A stretch of DNA of 64,000 bases from Lingula anatina (taxonomy: Eukaryota; Animalia; Brachiopoda). The notes under the pieces are model-generated. The model was not told where the DNA came from, ran no database searches, and was given only the letters and a program-made list of their open reading frames with translations. This document shows positions 1 to 13,150 of this stretch, piece after piece. The DNA lies in NCBI GenBank assembly GCA_051362555.1, contig CM120648.1, forward strand, positions 19,154,587 through 19,218,586, read 5' to 3'. Position numbers and translations under genes: made by a program. Within the stretch, counting starts at the first letter, position 1. Each line of letters begins with the position of its first letter.

Positions 1-3000
1 AACATGATACAGCAGTGGCACTCGTTTTTGTTATTCACTACTCGAAGGTAGGAGCATTGGCCATATCCTCTGGTACTTGCGTCTGAAAAGTGGTGTATCT
101 CTGCTGTGACAATTTTTCCAAAGTCTTGGGGAATATAGCATCTTGATAAATGAATTTCCGCTAGCTTTGGCAATTCACGCAGCCATTTCTCCCATCTTGG
201 TCTGAGTTCTTCTGATATTGGATCATCCCAGCTGGCTTTGGACGCACACATCTCCTGCAGTATCTGTTTGCCTAATAGGATAAATGGTGCTATACAACCC
301 AGGGGATCATAGACAGAGTCAACAGTCGAAAGAATTCCTCTTCTAGTCATCGGTCTTTCATTCAGTGTTAACTGAAAGCTGAGCTGGTCGCTATGGGTAT
401 CCCACTGAATTCCCAATACTCTCTCTGTGGCAGGTAAAGGCAAATCAACAGTGGTGCTCTGTGTCCCTCTTTCTGATACGGGAATACTCTCCAAAACTTC
501 TTGGTTGTTGCTAATAAACTTGTGAAGTCTTATATTTGCTTTCTGAAATAGCTGACGTACGCCTTCAATAAGCTGCTTTGCCTCCTCAGCAGAATCAATG
601 CTTAATAACAAGTCGTCTACGTAAAGGCAATTACCAGCTACCCAGCAAACCTTCTCATCAAATTCTTCTCCATGGTCTTCAACCAGTTGTTTCAAAGCAA
701 AGTTAGCACACGCAGGGGAACTGGCAGCTCCAAACAGGTGAACTGTCATCCTAAATAGCTTAGGTGTGCCTTCTAGGTCTCCATCCCACCACAGGAACTG
801 GAAGTAGTTACGATCTCGTGGGTCTACCTTGAACCGATAAAACATTCGTTCTATGTCTCCTACCACGGCTACTGATCCCTCTCTGAATCTCAGGAGACAT
901 CCTATCAGACTGTTGGTGAGGTCTGGACCTGAGATGAGGTTCTCATTCAGGTTAATGTTCTTATATCTCGCTGCGCAGTCAAATACTACCCTGAGCTTTC
1001 CTTTACGTTTATGGTAAACTCCATGGTGCGGCACGACCCATCTGTGTCCTCCAGCTACATCTTTGTCTGGAACAGGTTCAGCTTCTCCGCTTTCTATCAT
1101 CGTGTCCATGAACTTCTTATATTCGGCGGCAAATTCTTTGTTTGCAAATTTCTTTCTCAGATGCTCAAGTCTTCTCATGGCCATGGGCATGTTGTCAGGC
1201 AACTGTGGGGCATCAGTTCTAAATGGTAGAGGCATGGTATAGAAATTGTCTTGGTCTTGATAGATTGTGTCTTTCATCTTCCTTAAGAACTTCAAGTCAT
1301 CCTGGGACAAGGACTCTTCTGACTTGTGCTCATCCCTGAAGTCCGCTTCCAGTAACTGAATTATCTCTGGCTCAGTTACTGTCTCTTTAACCTTTGTTCT
1401 GTGGACAAAAGTCACTTCTCCTCTATCATCGACTCTCAAATCCTTTTGTATTTCTTTCCTCATCACTCTGTGACTGAGGTGATATTCATCTGTGTCTTCT
1501 CGTCCGGTCCTTCCCACGACGCTCCATCCCAGGGGTGTCTGTACTCCATAGGGTTCCTCGTTTGCTCCTACTCTGACACTAAGGGGTACCAATGCACGAG
1601 AGCAGTTGTAACCTATAAGTAAACCTGCGTCGCAATTCTGGAGCGGTGCAATTTGGCTCTGTATATTTTGCAGGTGATTCCATCTTCTCGCATCCGATGG
1701 TCTAGGTACATGTTTCTTGTTGAATGGTATGTTTTCTCTTGTATAACAGGTTGGTAGTGCTATAGTTTCTGTTAAGTTAAGACCTCTTACAGTCAATCCT
1801 GGAACCTTTGAAGTTTTGACTACATAGCTGGAGTTGACTGTTGAAATCCTGATACTTGTAGGTATGCTTTCTGCATTCAGCTTGGCTGCTAACTCGTCGC
1901 TAATGAACGTAACATCACTTTGACTATCTAGAAGAGCATATGTCAGGATTTCATTCCCGGAATTTCCTACAGATACATAGACTGGAATTGTCATCGAACT
2001 GATAGCTCCCTCTTGGCAAGTACTTGACAATGTTCTTACATGTTGATCTTCTGGGTGTAGGGCTTCGTAGTCCCCATGTAGTATGGCAGGGTGTTTACGA
2101 CCACATCTACTGCATTGTTCCTTCCTTTTACACTCCTTGGCTAAGTGACCGTTTCTAAGGCAGCTTAGGCAAAGACCTCTTTTCTTTATAAACTCCATTC
2201 TTTCTTGTGGCGTTTTTCTTTCGAAGTTTCGGCATTCTCTGATGTCGTGTCCTATTTTCTCACAGAATGTACAGGCATTTTTCGTGACAGGAGGCGTTGG
2301 TATAGCTTGATCGCTCGTCTTCGTCATAAGGCTGGTGGAAGTGGGGGTTTTCTTGCTAAATGCAGTTTCAGCTGGTCTCATAACAGGGTTATTTACAATG
2401 TCGGATTCCTTTTTTACAAACTCTACAAACCTCTTGAAGCCTGGGAAACCTTGTGATTCTTCGACAATTCGGGCCCATCTTCGTGTGATCCATTCAGGTA
2501 GTTTCTGAAGTAACTTCCTATTTTCCCGACAGTCGTCCAGGATCTTCAACTCTCCTACATGACCTGTTGCTGCTAAACACTGCCTGAGAAAATCTGATAG
2601 TTTTCTAAGTCCCTTACTGTCTCTACTGTTAATCTTGGGCCACTTTTCTAATTTGTCTCTGAAAGCCTCTGCTATCAAAAATTTATCACCATATCTATCT
2701 TCAAGTATCTCAAGGGCTTCAATGTAAGCCTCTTCTGAATCTAAGTAAAACAAATGATCCACTGTCTCTTTAGCTTCTCCTCCGAGGTACCTCTTTAGGT
2801 AGTACAGCCTCTCACTGGGTGGGATATTTCTGCTTTCTATTAGAGTCTTGAATGCTAGTCGCCATGTTACATATGCTAGATAATTTCCCTCAAATACAGG
2901 TGGCTCTGGAATCGGTAATCTACTCAGGCTCAACTTCTCTAAGGCCCTCACAACATCATGGCTATAGCTGCTGTCTGACTCCTTCTTAGTAGTATCTTCA

Positions 3001-3365
3001 CCTCCCAATGCTTTCCTAAAGATTTCTTCCCTTTTCTTGCTTTCATTCAGTTCTGATTCTAACAAGAGCCGCTTTCTTCTCTGCTCTAAACGTATCTGTT
3101 GCTCTTCTATTTCTTGCTGTGCTGTAAGGTACTTCAGCCTTTCCTTCAAAGCAGCCTGTCTAGCTTCTTCTTCTAACTGTCGCTCCTTAAAAGATACGTT
3201 TGAGCCGGCTTGACTGACGGAGTCATCTGGATCTAATTCCTCAATTAGTCTTCTTCTCAAATCATCTTTAGGCGATATGTTTCTGAATGTTACTTCTTGG
3301 TCAGTTGGTGCCTGAGAAGGAACTGTCCTAGTGCTGGGAGTCTTGGTAATGGTAGCTGCATCCAT
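1..3365 (-). CDS. BEL/Pao retrotransposon gag-pol polyprotein, open to the window edge (partial)
   Basis: Manual translation from ATG at 3365: MDAATITKTP..., gag LPIPEPPVFEGNYLAYVTWRLAFKTLIE..ERLYYLKRYLGGEAKE, triple zinc knuckle (CTFCEKIGHDIREC, CLSCLRNGHLAKEC, CSRCGRKHPAILH), protease YALLDSQS, RT LRVVFDC..GPDLTN..HLFGAASSP..YVDD, RNase H region YDPLG..HHFSDAS..GYG. It is missing from the ORF track, consistent with no stop before base 1. Confidence 0.95.
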   Translation of the reverse strand, partial: MDAATITKTPSTRTVPSQAPTDQEVTFRNISPKDDLRRRLIEELDPDDSVSQAGSNVSFKERQLEEEARQAALKERLKYLTAQQEIEEQQIRLEQRRKRLLLESELNESKKREEIFRKALGGEDTTKKESDSSYSHDVVRALEKLSLSRLPIPEPPVFEGNYLAYVTWRLAFKTLIESRNIPPSERLYYLKRYLGGEAKETVDHLFYLDSEEAYIEALEILEDRYGDKFLIAEAFRDKLEKWPKINSRDSKGLRKLSDFLRQCLAATGHVGELKILDDCRENRKLLQKLPEWITRRWARIVEESQGFPGFKRFVEFVKKESDIVNNPVMRPAETAFSKKTPTSTSLMTKTSDQAIPTPPVTKNACTFCEKIGHDIRECRNFERKTPQERMEFIKKRGLCLSCLRNGHLAKECKRKEQCSRCGRKHPAILHGDYEALHPEDQHVRTLSSTCQEGAISSMTIPVYVSVGNSGNEILTYALLDSQSDVTFISDELAAKLNAESIPTSIRISTVNSSYVVKTSKVPGLTVRGLNLTETIALPTCYTRENIPFNKKHVPRPSDARRWNHLQNIQSQIAPLQNCDAGLLIGYNCSRALVPLSVRVGANEEPYGVQTPLGWSVVGRTGREDTDEYHLSHRVMRKEIQKDLRVDDRGEVTFVHRTKVKETVTEPEIIQLLEADFRDEHKSEESLSQDDLKFLRKMKDTIYQDQDNFYTMPLPFRTDAPQLPDNMPMAMRRLEHLRKKFANKEFAAEYKKFMDTMIESGEAEPVPDKDVAGGHRWVVPHHGVYHKRKGKLRVVFDCAARYKNINLNENLISGPDLTNSLIGCLLRFREGSVAVVGDIERMFYRFKVDPRDRNYFQFLWWDGDLEGTPKLFRMTVHLFGAASSPACANFALKQLVEDHGEEFDEKVCWVAGNCLYVDDLLLSIDSAEEAKQLIEGVRQLFQKANIRLHKFISNNQEVLESIPVSERGTQSTTVDLPLPATERVLGIQWDTHSDQLSFQLTLNERPMTRRGILSTVDSVYDPLGCIAPFILLGKQILQEMCASKASWDDPISEELRPRWEKWLRELPKLAEIHLSRCYIPQDFGKIVTAEIHHFSDASTRGYGQCSYLRVVNNKNECHCCIM

Positions 3366-3979
3366 TTTTAATGTCAAGCAGTGAGCAGGTATTCTTAGAA
3401 AGGAGGGAGGGGGCAGGTGGTATGGGCAGCGTAACTTATTTGAATTCAAATAAACTTATCTACACTACACAAGACAAGTAAATTTCAAAATGTAGACAGT
3501 TTCTCTATAAGTAATAAGCTAGCTAAAACATTTGAACATCAACAGCAAACATGTAAAATTGCCGAGTATCTCAATCTTAACAAACAAATAAATTAATAAT
3601 CATATGTATATTTAGATAGCCAATAATATATTCAGCTACTCTGAGATCTACTAGTATTTATAGTTATCTGTGGATATGAAATCAAGTGTCAACATATACT
3701 CGAGAAAGTCTCAATTTCAGCTTTATTGCAAGCTGCGGATTGGATCTTAGCTCAATTTCCTTAATTACAGTCCCACCAGTAACTGCTAGTACTTGACTGG
3801 GCCGGGTCATCTAAATAATGGCTGTTGACTGGCTCCAGGCATCTCAGATATCTAGAGTTACCACAGGTTGTAAGTAGGTCATAAATTCTGTTTTCTTGGT
3901 TCGGTTGTTCGGTACGGGCCGTCTCAGGGCTTTAGTTGCGGACTATTGGTATGGGCTATCTCAAATCCTAGTCGTTGAC

Positions 3980-4807
3980 TGTAGCCACTTGCAATACTCA
4001 CACACAACAACAACAGCTTTGCGTCGTTTTTACTGATTTATTAAACCTTAAACCGTCAACTGAAAAAAAAAAAAATAATTGAAATAAAATATGAAAATCA
4101 TCTCATATTCTTGCCCTAGTTCTTTTATATAATGCTATTAAGTCACTTAAATAACATCTTTACTTAACAGTTGCATGTTATCCTATCTTTATCTCCAAAA
4201 TATAAGTAACTCTTACTGACTTTGGGCTATTCTAGTGTAATGCAAGCGACTGGGTTCTAAATGATTGTGTAGTAAATCTCATCTGGCGCAACTAACACAA
4301 TGAAAAAATACGCTTTTAAAAATAACATTGATTACGAACATAAAACAAACAATCTTTAACTCGCAACTAGTACAGCTACATTCTCGTTTCTAAACAATAC
4401 ACTACACTTTACTGAACTTTCTTTACTCCAATACTGAAAGGCACAGTGATTGTGTTACATGTACTGTGCATTGTACATCAGACCGGCATTTCTAACGCTA
4501 CTCAAAGTTGCAGTTTACAATGGAAAACTAATTTTATCTTCTCGCAATTATCTTTAAATGAACTTTCATAACTTAAAATTAATTGCTAACCTTATGGGCC
4601 AGATTCCTGTTACAAAAACACTTGTAATTACGGCTGTCTCAGCATTTAATATCAGCCGATCTCATTCCACATGGAATCACATTCTATCCCATCATTATCA
4701 TAAGCGCGCTAAAAACAATTGTTATTCAACACCGATGCGACAAACAAGTGAGTAGCGCGTCCGAAGTAAAGAAATAAGATTTATCTATAAAACACTGCTC
4801 TGGCAGT

Positions 4808-4811
<4 letters not shown>
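3980..4811 (-). repeat. Candidate 5' LTR (~830 bp)
   Basis: On the minus strand it starts TGTTACTGCC (4811), ends GGCTACA (3980) and has AATAAA ~60 bp before the end. The second LTR is outside the window, so boundaries are inferred. Confidence 0.6.

Positions 4812-4885
<74 letters not shown>
4811..4885. repeat. (TA)n microsatellite
   Basis: Pure AT dinucleotide run directly adjoining the LTR terminus. Confidence 0.98.
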
Positions 4886-4888
<3 letters not shown>

Positions 4889-6839
4889 GAAAACACTAAC
4901 AATACTTAATTGAGACACTATAGTTCTTGTAAATATTGAATTGAAAATATTCATAATAATTAAGATGCCCTAGCACTTTTATAGAAGTTGCCAATATTGA
5001 ATCGAAAGTACTAACAATACTTAAATAAGACACTTAAGTAATTGTAAAATACTTGTAAATATTGAATTGAAATTACAGACAATGCTTGATTAAAGATGCA
5101 TACAAAGTCAATTTTTTGTCACAAAAACCAACCAAATGCCAGCATATAGTTTCAAGTAGTATAACTAAGAGAATTACCAAAAGGCATTGTTTAATTTTAC
5201 CCGAAAATGATGTTTGAACAGATTTTTCTGCTGGCATTCTAAGCTGTATGTCAATGGGGCAGGAAAGTAGGTCACAAATGTAGGTTAAATTTACAACCAT
5301 AAATTTAAAGAAAGGAGCAGTCTGAAGGTCTTTTATGGCTGATTGAGTGATCTATTCAGTTTATCCCTTGGCATGTCGAATTTATTTGAGTCATATAAGA
5401 ATCTAGTAGAAGTGGTTTACATGTGTTACTGGGAATCCATGCTCCACCGATGCTCGGTTCGTATGTACCTTTAAGACAGTGCTCTCGTACATGTACTTGT
5501 TAAGTAGTTGTAAAAATTGACTTAAATAGGCCTACTGACAATATGAAATGAAGACAGTCTAATACTTGTAAATATTGAATTGAAAATACTGACAGTACTT
5601 AAGTAATTGTAGAATACTTGTAAATACATAACTGAAAATACTGATAATACTTAATTGAAAGCCTCTAGTAAATATTTAGCTGAAAATTCCAACAAAACTT
5701 AAATAAGACACTCCTGTAAAGTACTTGTGAAGTACCAGTAAATATTGGATTGTAAAATACTGACAACAGATAGAAAAGTTTGGCGTAGTCAAACGACATT
5801 TTATGGCGACAACAATCTCCAGAGCTTATTTATGCACATGTCCATTCTGCACATGCTCAATTGTGCACTAGAGGGGTAATCTCCTTTGAGGCACATGTTG
5901 CTACTTATACCATGGGGCATCACTGCCTGGCCTCAGTTTGCTTGATTCATCTGTTCACGAGCATGATACAATTAAGCTACAAGTTATATCAAATCTGCAA
6001 CTGAAATCTTCAGTTCAAAAAATTCCATTTTACCACAAATGAAATTTGTGCAAAATTGTTGGTAAATAATAACTTTTGCTGACTCGTCGCATCATAATTT
6101 TTAGGATGATGAGTCTCATTGAATATTTGATATATAATCTTTATCCCTAAGGCCATAACATTTAATACAGGCAACAATTTGCTACATTGTTATTATTGTA
6201 AAAACGATTAGGATAGAGGGGTTATATAATAAAAGCGGCCTGGTTTGGCTAAATCACGAACAAACAATATTCCTTGTTGCCTTCTTTCTTGCTATGAATG
6301 AGACTATAAAAGTTGGTGGTACACTGAGATGGAGGAGACATAAAGTTAAATATATATATATATAACTCTCAAAATAACTGATTTAATGTGGATATATAGA
6401 TAATCCAGTTATTACAGTTATCACCTTAACATTCATATCTTTTGACATTTGTGTTTATTTCAATATATGAATTACACACCAGTGTATGTCTTGTTTTCCT
6501 TTTTATGGACAGACTCTGTCTGGACATTCACTCCTCAGCCGCATCTGCTTTTGTCTATAGTGCTGCCTATGCTGTACTTTCTTCATTAACACACAACATC
6601 AAATATGTTCATAAATATACGGGCAAGCCAAAGTCCCTACAGAATTTAATGCAGATGGAATTTAACCACGTTGAAAAGACGATAGATTGACACTCTCCAT
6701 GATTAAGACAGTGCTCTAGTACTAGATAGTACTTGTTAAGTAGTTGTAAATAACCATTTTGGTAAAAAATTCATCACAGAAAACACTATGGGAACAGCCC
6801 TCTGATTCACAACACATAACAGTTTAAAGTTTGCATTTT

Positions 6840-7175
6840 AACATTGAGATATCAGGCTTGCTCAGTGACTGTGTACATGTGCTGCCACTTACTGGTGACC
6901 AATTGTACCAGCATGGCACAAGAGGCAGAGGTGCTGGTCAGCTGTATGTACCATGGGTAGGGTGTACAGACAGCTATGGCCACATCTTCATTGCTGACTG
7001 TTATAACAACAGGATAGTGGCACTGAGTCCACAGGGACAGTTGATCAGATACATTGCCACTGAGGATGATGATAGACTGGTGTATCCTACCTACAGCAGT
7101 AGCCATCAACCCTGCTGACCTATTGGTGGCGGCTGAGGCATAGAGTGAATTGAGGACCTTCAATACTCGAAATGA
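6840..7175 (+). pseudogene. Truncated, frameshifted NHL-repeat (TRIM2/3-like) gene fragment
   Basis: CVHVLPLTGDQLYQHG..CTDSYGHIFIADCYNNRIVALSPQGQLIRYIATEDD closely matches 29650-29965 at DNA and protein level. There is a 4-bp duplication frameshift (ctacctac, ~7087), an in-frame TAG near 7141, and the 5' blades are absent. Confidence 0.9.
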
Positions 7176-8325
7176 AACATATTGCTCAGATTTTACATAT
7201 TGTAATACTGGGCTCATTAACTGGAAAGCATCGCAAATCGCTACTGAGTACAAGCATGGTGATTTGTTGCAATTCCATAACTCATAAGCATCACAATTTC
7301 CAACCGAGTGCTTATAGTAATAGTGGTATCACCTTTAGTCTGAGGTCATTATTTGTGGCGATTAAATCCCATCGCAAAGGCCTTTTGCACATACATGATT
7401 AGTCATTTTATGTGTCTTTCATGTAATTAAACATACAGTGTCTTTCATGTAATTAATTGGGTTTCTAGGGATAATAGCATATGTATAACAATGCATGAAA
7501 GCTAATGAAAGATGGAGTCACTCGGCACCTCTGATAGAAAAAAAAAAAAACTTGCGGTAAATTTTCATGTGCTAAAGTCATGTTTTGTCATGCATAAAAA
7601 ATCAACTTTTAACATTTCATATATCATGTTATATTTTCTGATGACTGTTCATCTGTGTAGTCTTTCTATAATAATTATCTGTCAAACAATCAACAATCAC
7701 AACAGGAAGGTCACTTTGTTAACACTGAAGTAAAATACTGAAAATACTTTATGAAAACGACATCCTTCTTTCAAAAACTGACGTGCGGGTTATCTTCTGT
7801 ATGATCTCCCCACTAAAGCATAGACATATATGCAAAAGTCTTCACATTTATCGTGTAACATCTTTGATCTTGTAATATGTTCATTTCAATTAAAAATAAT
7901 TAAAAAGAACGGCTGTTTGATGATATTCTTTTAATGAACTGGTAAATTTTTTCTGGGACTTATACGATTTTATAGTTAATTTTCATTTCTCCCATTTTTG
8001 TTTGTAAAGCACAAAAATGCACAGACTTTGTGTACATTTAAGATCAAGTATCCGTAAAAGGCGAGTAATTGAGAATTATTGTCGACATTTTAAAGTCAAA
8101 ATTTGGGGTTTTTTTTCATATGGATCATTTGTTATGAATATTGGCATACAGAGATACAGAGACAAATAATTTTAAGTTTCAAAAATAATTCCAAAGTAAA
8201 AAAAAATACTTAGCAAAAGAAATTGGCACTGGCCCAACACAAAGTCTCAACAGTCAATACTGAGTAGGGCCTCGGAATGCTTCAATGCAGGCCGCGATCT
8301 GTTGGTGCCTGCATACTTCAGATAA

Positions 8326-9683
8326 AGCCCTCGTCACACTTATTCGGAATCAGCAAGAATGAAGAAGAATGAGCCTGAACGAAGAATTTTTAAAATTCGC
8401 ACCACATTCGGGGAAAAATTCAAATTGACCTTAATAATTGTAAAAGTACCGTTGGAATACTCAGAATGCGATTGAATTCACCTGGAATGATGAGTGCACT
8501 TTCGACTGTATTATCTCTCAAAAGCAGTTCGAATGTAGTTGGAAAATTAGGAATATTTATAATGCTGTAAGAAGGCAGTAAGAATATTTTGAATATACTT
8601 TGAAAGGCGCACTAGTGCAGTTTGATTGCTGGCAACATTAATATTTCAGCTCATCCGAGGCACATTCGAAACATTCTGGCGGGATATAAAATCCCCGTCA
8701 CACTAGAGGCGGAATGATTAAGAATGGCGTCTGAAATACAATTCTTTGTGCATTCCAGGATATTCAAAGAGCATTCTAAAACATTCTAAAAATTCTGAGT
8801 CCATTCCAAATATTTTTACCCTTTCTTGTGGCCGGGTTGAATGTTTTTGTCATGTCAAAAACTTTGGAAGTGCATTCCAAGAGGAAATTTATTGAATGAC
8901 ATTTGAACAGTATTCTAACTGCACTATGACTGCATTCTAAATATTATCACGGCATTCTTACAGCATTCGAAACATTATGACCAGTTACCATTCCTGTGGC
9001 ATTATTTATACACTATTGGCATCGTGTTACATTCTAAACATGTGAGAAAGTAATTTTAATTAAGTATTTTAGGTATTTCAGCTGCGTTATGTTTAATTTT
9101 TTTTACATTTCAAACCATAATTGGCAGCCATACCGGGAGCAGTTGACTGCATTTGAGTTCGCTTCATGTATCATTCGAGGCACCTTCTAACATACATCTG
9201 CCTGCATTCGGCCAGCAGTCAAACCACACTCGTGCGGCATTTGAATTTCATTCGGAATATTCTGACTGCAATTTGAAATTTTTACTCCCGATTATGGCAC
9301 GAATTTTTCAATTAATTCATTCTGGCTGGTTCTATCTTGATTCCTGCTGGTTCCGAATAAGTGCGACGGGGGTCTTAAGTCGCGTGCCAGTTCGAATATC
9401 CCTCGAATGTGATCAGAATGTTTCGAATGTTGTCGGAATGCTGTGAGAATATTTAGAATGTAGTCACAGTGCTGTTAGAATGCTATTCAAATGCCATTCG
9501 ATAATTTTCCATTTGAAATGCACTTCGGAAGTTTTAAACATTCAGGCCGACCACAAGAATGGGTAAACCTATTTGAAATGCACTCGCAATTTTTAGAATG
9601 CTCTCTGAATATCCAGGAATGCACAAAGAATTGTCTTTCCGACGACATTCTTGTTCATTCTGCCTCTAGTGTGACAGGGGTAT
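8326..9683 (+). mobile_element. Non-autonomous PIF/Harbinger-like element (outer copy), GAATG/CATTC-rich
   Basis: Ends AGCCCTCGTCACACTTATTCGG ... CTAGTGTGACAGGGGTAT; left flank TAA, right flank not conserved. Confidence 0.6.
8690..9375 (-). mobile_element. Same-family element nested in inverted orientation
   Basis: Reverse complement begins AGACCCCCGTCGCACTTATTCGGAACCAGCAGGAAT, homologous to the outer left end; flanked by TAA on both sides. Confidence 0.65.
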
Positions 9684-9765
9684 CAGGCGTCAGATGGCGT
9701 TCTTGGAATCGTATTCCACTTCTCTTGCTGTAGTGCATGGATCAGCTGCTGGCTTTTAGGCCACA

Positions 9766-9835
9766 GTGTGTGTGTGTGTCTGTGTGTGTGTGTGTGTGTG
9801 TGTGTCTGTCTGTCTGTCTGTCCGTCTGTCTGTCT

Positions 9836-9892
<57 letters not shown>

Positions 9893-9921
9893 TCTGTGTG
9901 TGTGTGTGTGTCTGTCTGTCT

Positions 9922-9964
<43 letters not shown>

Positions 9965-9986
9965 TGTGTGTGTGTGTGTGTGTGTG
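9766..9986. repeat. Compound microsatellite (TG)n/(TCTG)n/(AG)n
   Basis: Directly visible. Confidence 0.97.
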
Positions 9987-10796
9987 TTATAGTTGCCATG
10001 GAGATAATGTGATGTGCTATTTACACTTTACACTGTAATACAGTATGTGGTAGATTATCAATTGAGAGAGTAGAATCAAGGTAGACACCAAGATTTTTTG
10101 GCAGTCCGTATATGAACGATACTATCTCCAATCCTGATAATGAGATAATGAGATTTTGAGTTTACTTTATATTTTGTGGGGGAGAAATGGCCAGAAACTT
10201 GATTTCATCGTTCATTATCATTTCAATCAAAATTTGTTCCTAATTGTCCATACCTCAAGGTCTGAGCCAATAGGTCATCATTTGTTCTATGGCAGCTTCA
10301 TGGTGCTAAATGTCACAGTGGATGTGTCACTGAGTGTCATCGGGATATGGTGATATCCTCGGTAAAACACGACAGTGGTGGTCTGTGGGGGGAAGAGATC
10401 TGTTACATCTTACGAGCAACGTATATATTATGGAATATACTGCCCTGTACAATTAGCATACATAAAAACGAGTTCGAGGCATGTATTTGCTATTTAATTT
10501 CAAATTGTCAGACAAAATCGCATAATCTTATAAGGATAATCTTGTTCCAGTTGGTTCAGCTACATACATAGGAAGTTAAGCTTCTCTACATCCATATCTT
10601 ACAGTAATTTACACTACTTGACCGTGGATATATATACATTGTTCTGCTTTAATTATCTTACATAAAAACAATCCCTTAAACAATGCACGCTATAATGAAT
10701 GTATCATAGAAATACTCCAAGAGATACTTAATATCTAAATAGACGCTGCTCTGAAACCTAAGCTATGCGTTATATTACAATTGTAATCTAAAGTAT

Positions 10797-11267
10797 ATTA
10801 ACACACACATATATACATGTGACCAACATACATTTACACCAATAGTTAATTAACACACACATATATACATGTGACCAACATACATTTACACAAATAGTTA
10901 ATTAACACACACACATATACATGTGACCAACATACAATTACACCAATAGTTAATTAACACACACATATATACATGTGACCAACATACAATTACACCAATA
11001 GTTAATTAACACACACATATATACATGTGACCAACATACATTTACACCAATAGTTAATTAACACACACACATATACATGTGACCAACATACAATTACACC
11101 AATAGTTAATTAACACACACATATATACATGTGACCAACATACATTTACACCAAAAGTTAATTAACACACACATATATACATGTGACCAACATACATTTA
11201 CACCAATAGTTTATTAACACACACATATATACATGTGACCAACATGCATTTACACCAATAGTTAATT
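10797..11267. repeat. 52-bp minisatellite, ~9 copies
   Basis: Unit acacacacatatatacatgtgaccaacatacatttacaccaatagttaatta repeated near-perfectly. Confidence 0.95.
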
Positions 11268-12066
11268 CCAATATTCACATTTCTCACTTTCATTTATTTA
11301 TTTTGCAAGTTGTCAAACACTTTTTTGGGTCATAAAAGGGGACATATAATGCTACCAGCTATTTGCTTCTTTCTACATAAATCCTGTTAAAATAATATAT
11401 AGCACGTACTTACCGTTGTCTTAGGTTATCAAAAATGCAAAATGTATACAACATGCAATATGATCGGCGTGTATTATCGTTTCCCTTCTTTATTTAACAA
11501 CACCCGATCTTTTTGTACATGGAGTGTTTCATATTGACGATGCACACAGGTCTTGGACTTTCTTTAACCTGAAACACACAAACACAAACACATATATGTA
11601 CTTATTGATAAGGTACGTACTATTTAAAAGTTTAATATAAAAATAAGTGATGTGCGTACATGTATGTCCATTTGTGTTTATATGTGTGTGTGTGTGTGTA
11701 CACGAGAAAAAGACATATCTTGAATCGCGAGCAGCGGACACTTTTGTATTGGCCTTTACAAGCTGATAACAAGTTTGTAGAACACGACGCACAGGCTGCC
11801 CTGATCTTACACTCCTTGCGTTATATTCTGGACCTCTTTTACATGCCCCTCCCCCCCAATTTGGCAACTTGAATTTGAACACTGAAAATTACATTCAAAT
11901 GAACATTTAACACTGACACGTTTTGTTCACTTTTAAAGCGGTAGTAATTTGAATAAAGCAAGTAGGAAATTCAAGAAACAATCACATGCATTCACGTCAA
12001 ACTGGCATAGAGAAATGCAGTTTTCAGTTTCTTCCAAGTTTTTAGTTAGAAGGAACTTAATTTTCA

Positions 12067-12106
<40 letters not shown>

Positions 12107-12927
12107 TATTCTGATTTTTATGATTTAAACAGGTCATTTGACCTTAATTGAACTATATTATTTTGTTGGGTCATTTCATAAAATACACCTCTGCAAGGAG
12201 AATTCTTTATCAAACAAAAAGCAAGGTATATTAAATTACAGATGAGGCAAATAAAATCAAATAATGCAATGCTTTAGTAGACGCAGTTATTATGTCATAG
12301 TGCTCAGGTATTTCCAAGGACTTCTCAGGGATCCAAGCACCCCTTGTGGTCTCTGCATTACTTTAAATGAAGTTAAATTCTGAAGATATACATCTATGTG
12401 TATGAATTTATAAGGCTGGAGACATTGCCCTCAGTTCTTTTTTTTTTATTTATTTAATTAATTATTTTATTTCGCTGAAGTTCAGTGGTTAACAGTGTCT
12501 GTTTACATATAGGATAATGCTCTTCTGATACAAGTTGGGCCTTTGGGTTTTCTGTACACAATGATCACACCGTAAGTGTTTTAAGAAAAAGTCCTTACAT
12601 GTAACAGCTCCTTGTACTTTATATATCATTTGTCTGAAGGGAACCTCCACCTTTCGGATCTCATTGCCTTAATGGTATGATTCAATCACCCGTCATTATG
12701 TCAACCATATATGAAATGGAGCGTGTGTATTGATTCCTGACTTTCATAAGGGGTCTTTCAACCAATTTCATATCAGATACTGGTAGAAAAGAATGAGAAG
12801 ACCTTTGGTGGAGGGTATAACCACTGCACATGCTTGGCACGTTTACACTCACCACTAGAATAAAGCGCAGGGCGCTGCAACTCAAAAATGAATTAAAATA
12901 TCCGACATTTACTGATGTTTGGGTAAT

Positions 12928-13150
12928 AGGGCGCATTCCCATAGATTTTAGATCGATTTATCCCCGTGGGGAGTCTCACTAGATTACTGTCAGATAATCC
13001 GGCTTAAATGTCCGTCCCGCCTACTATATGTACAAGATGTAAGGGGGTAATTAACTACCATGCGCGCTCGGCTGACTGCAATATAGCGTGAACCCCCAGG
13101 GAGTTAGGTCGATCTAGTTGGATCGATCTAAATCTCTGGGAATGCCGTCA
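12928..13150. mobile_element. ~220-bp palindromic MITE (family also at 20766-21490)
   Basis: cattcccatagattttagatcgat ... gatcgatctaaatctctgggaatg inverted ends; internal ggggagtctcactagatt shared with the other copies. Confidence 0.75.

Larger units (their letters stand above)
1..4811 (-). mobile_element. BEL/Pao LTR retrotransposon (5' part)
   Basis: gag-pol ORF above, ~600-bp leader and a candidate 5' LTR ending at a (TA)n tract. Confidence 0.9.

Noticed and set aside
1011-2456. Plus-strand ORFs at the left end
   Set aside because: Antisense shadows of the BEL gag-pol frame.
10250-10400. Possible minus-strand terminal exon after ttccccccacag
   Set aside because: Short frames with no recognisable motif or partner exons.
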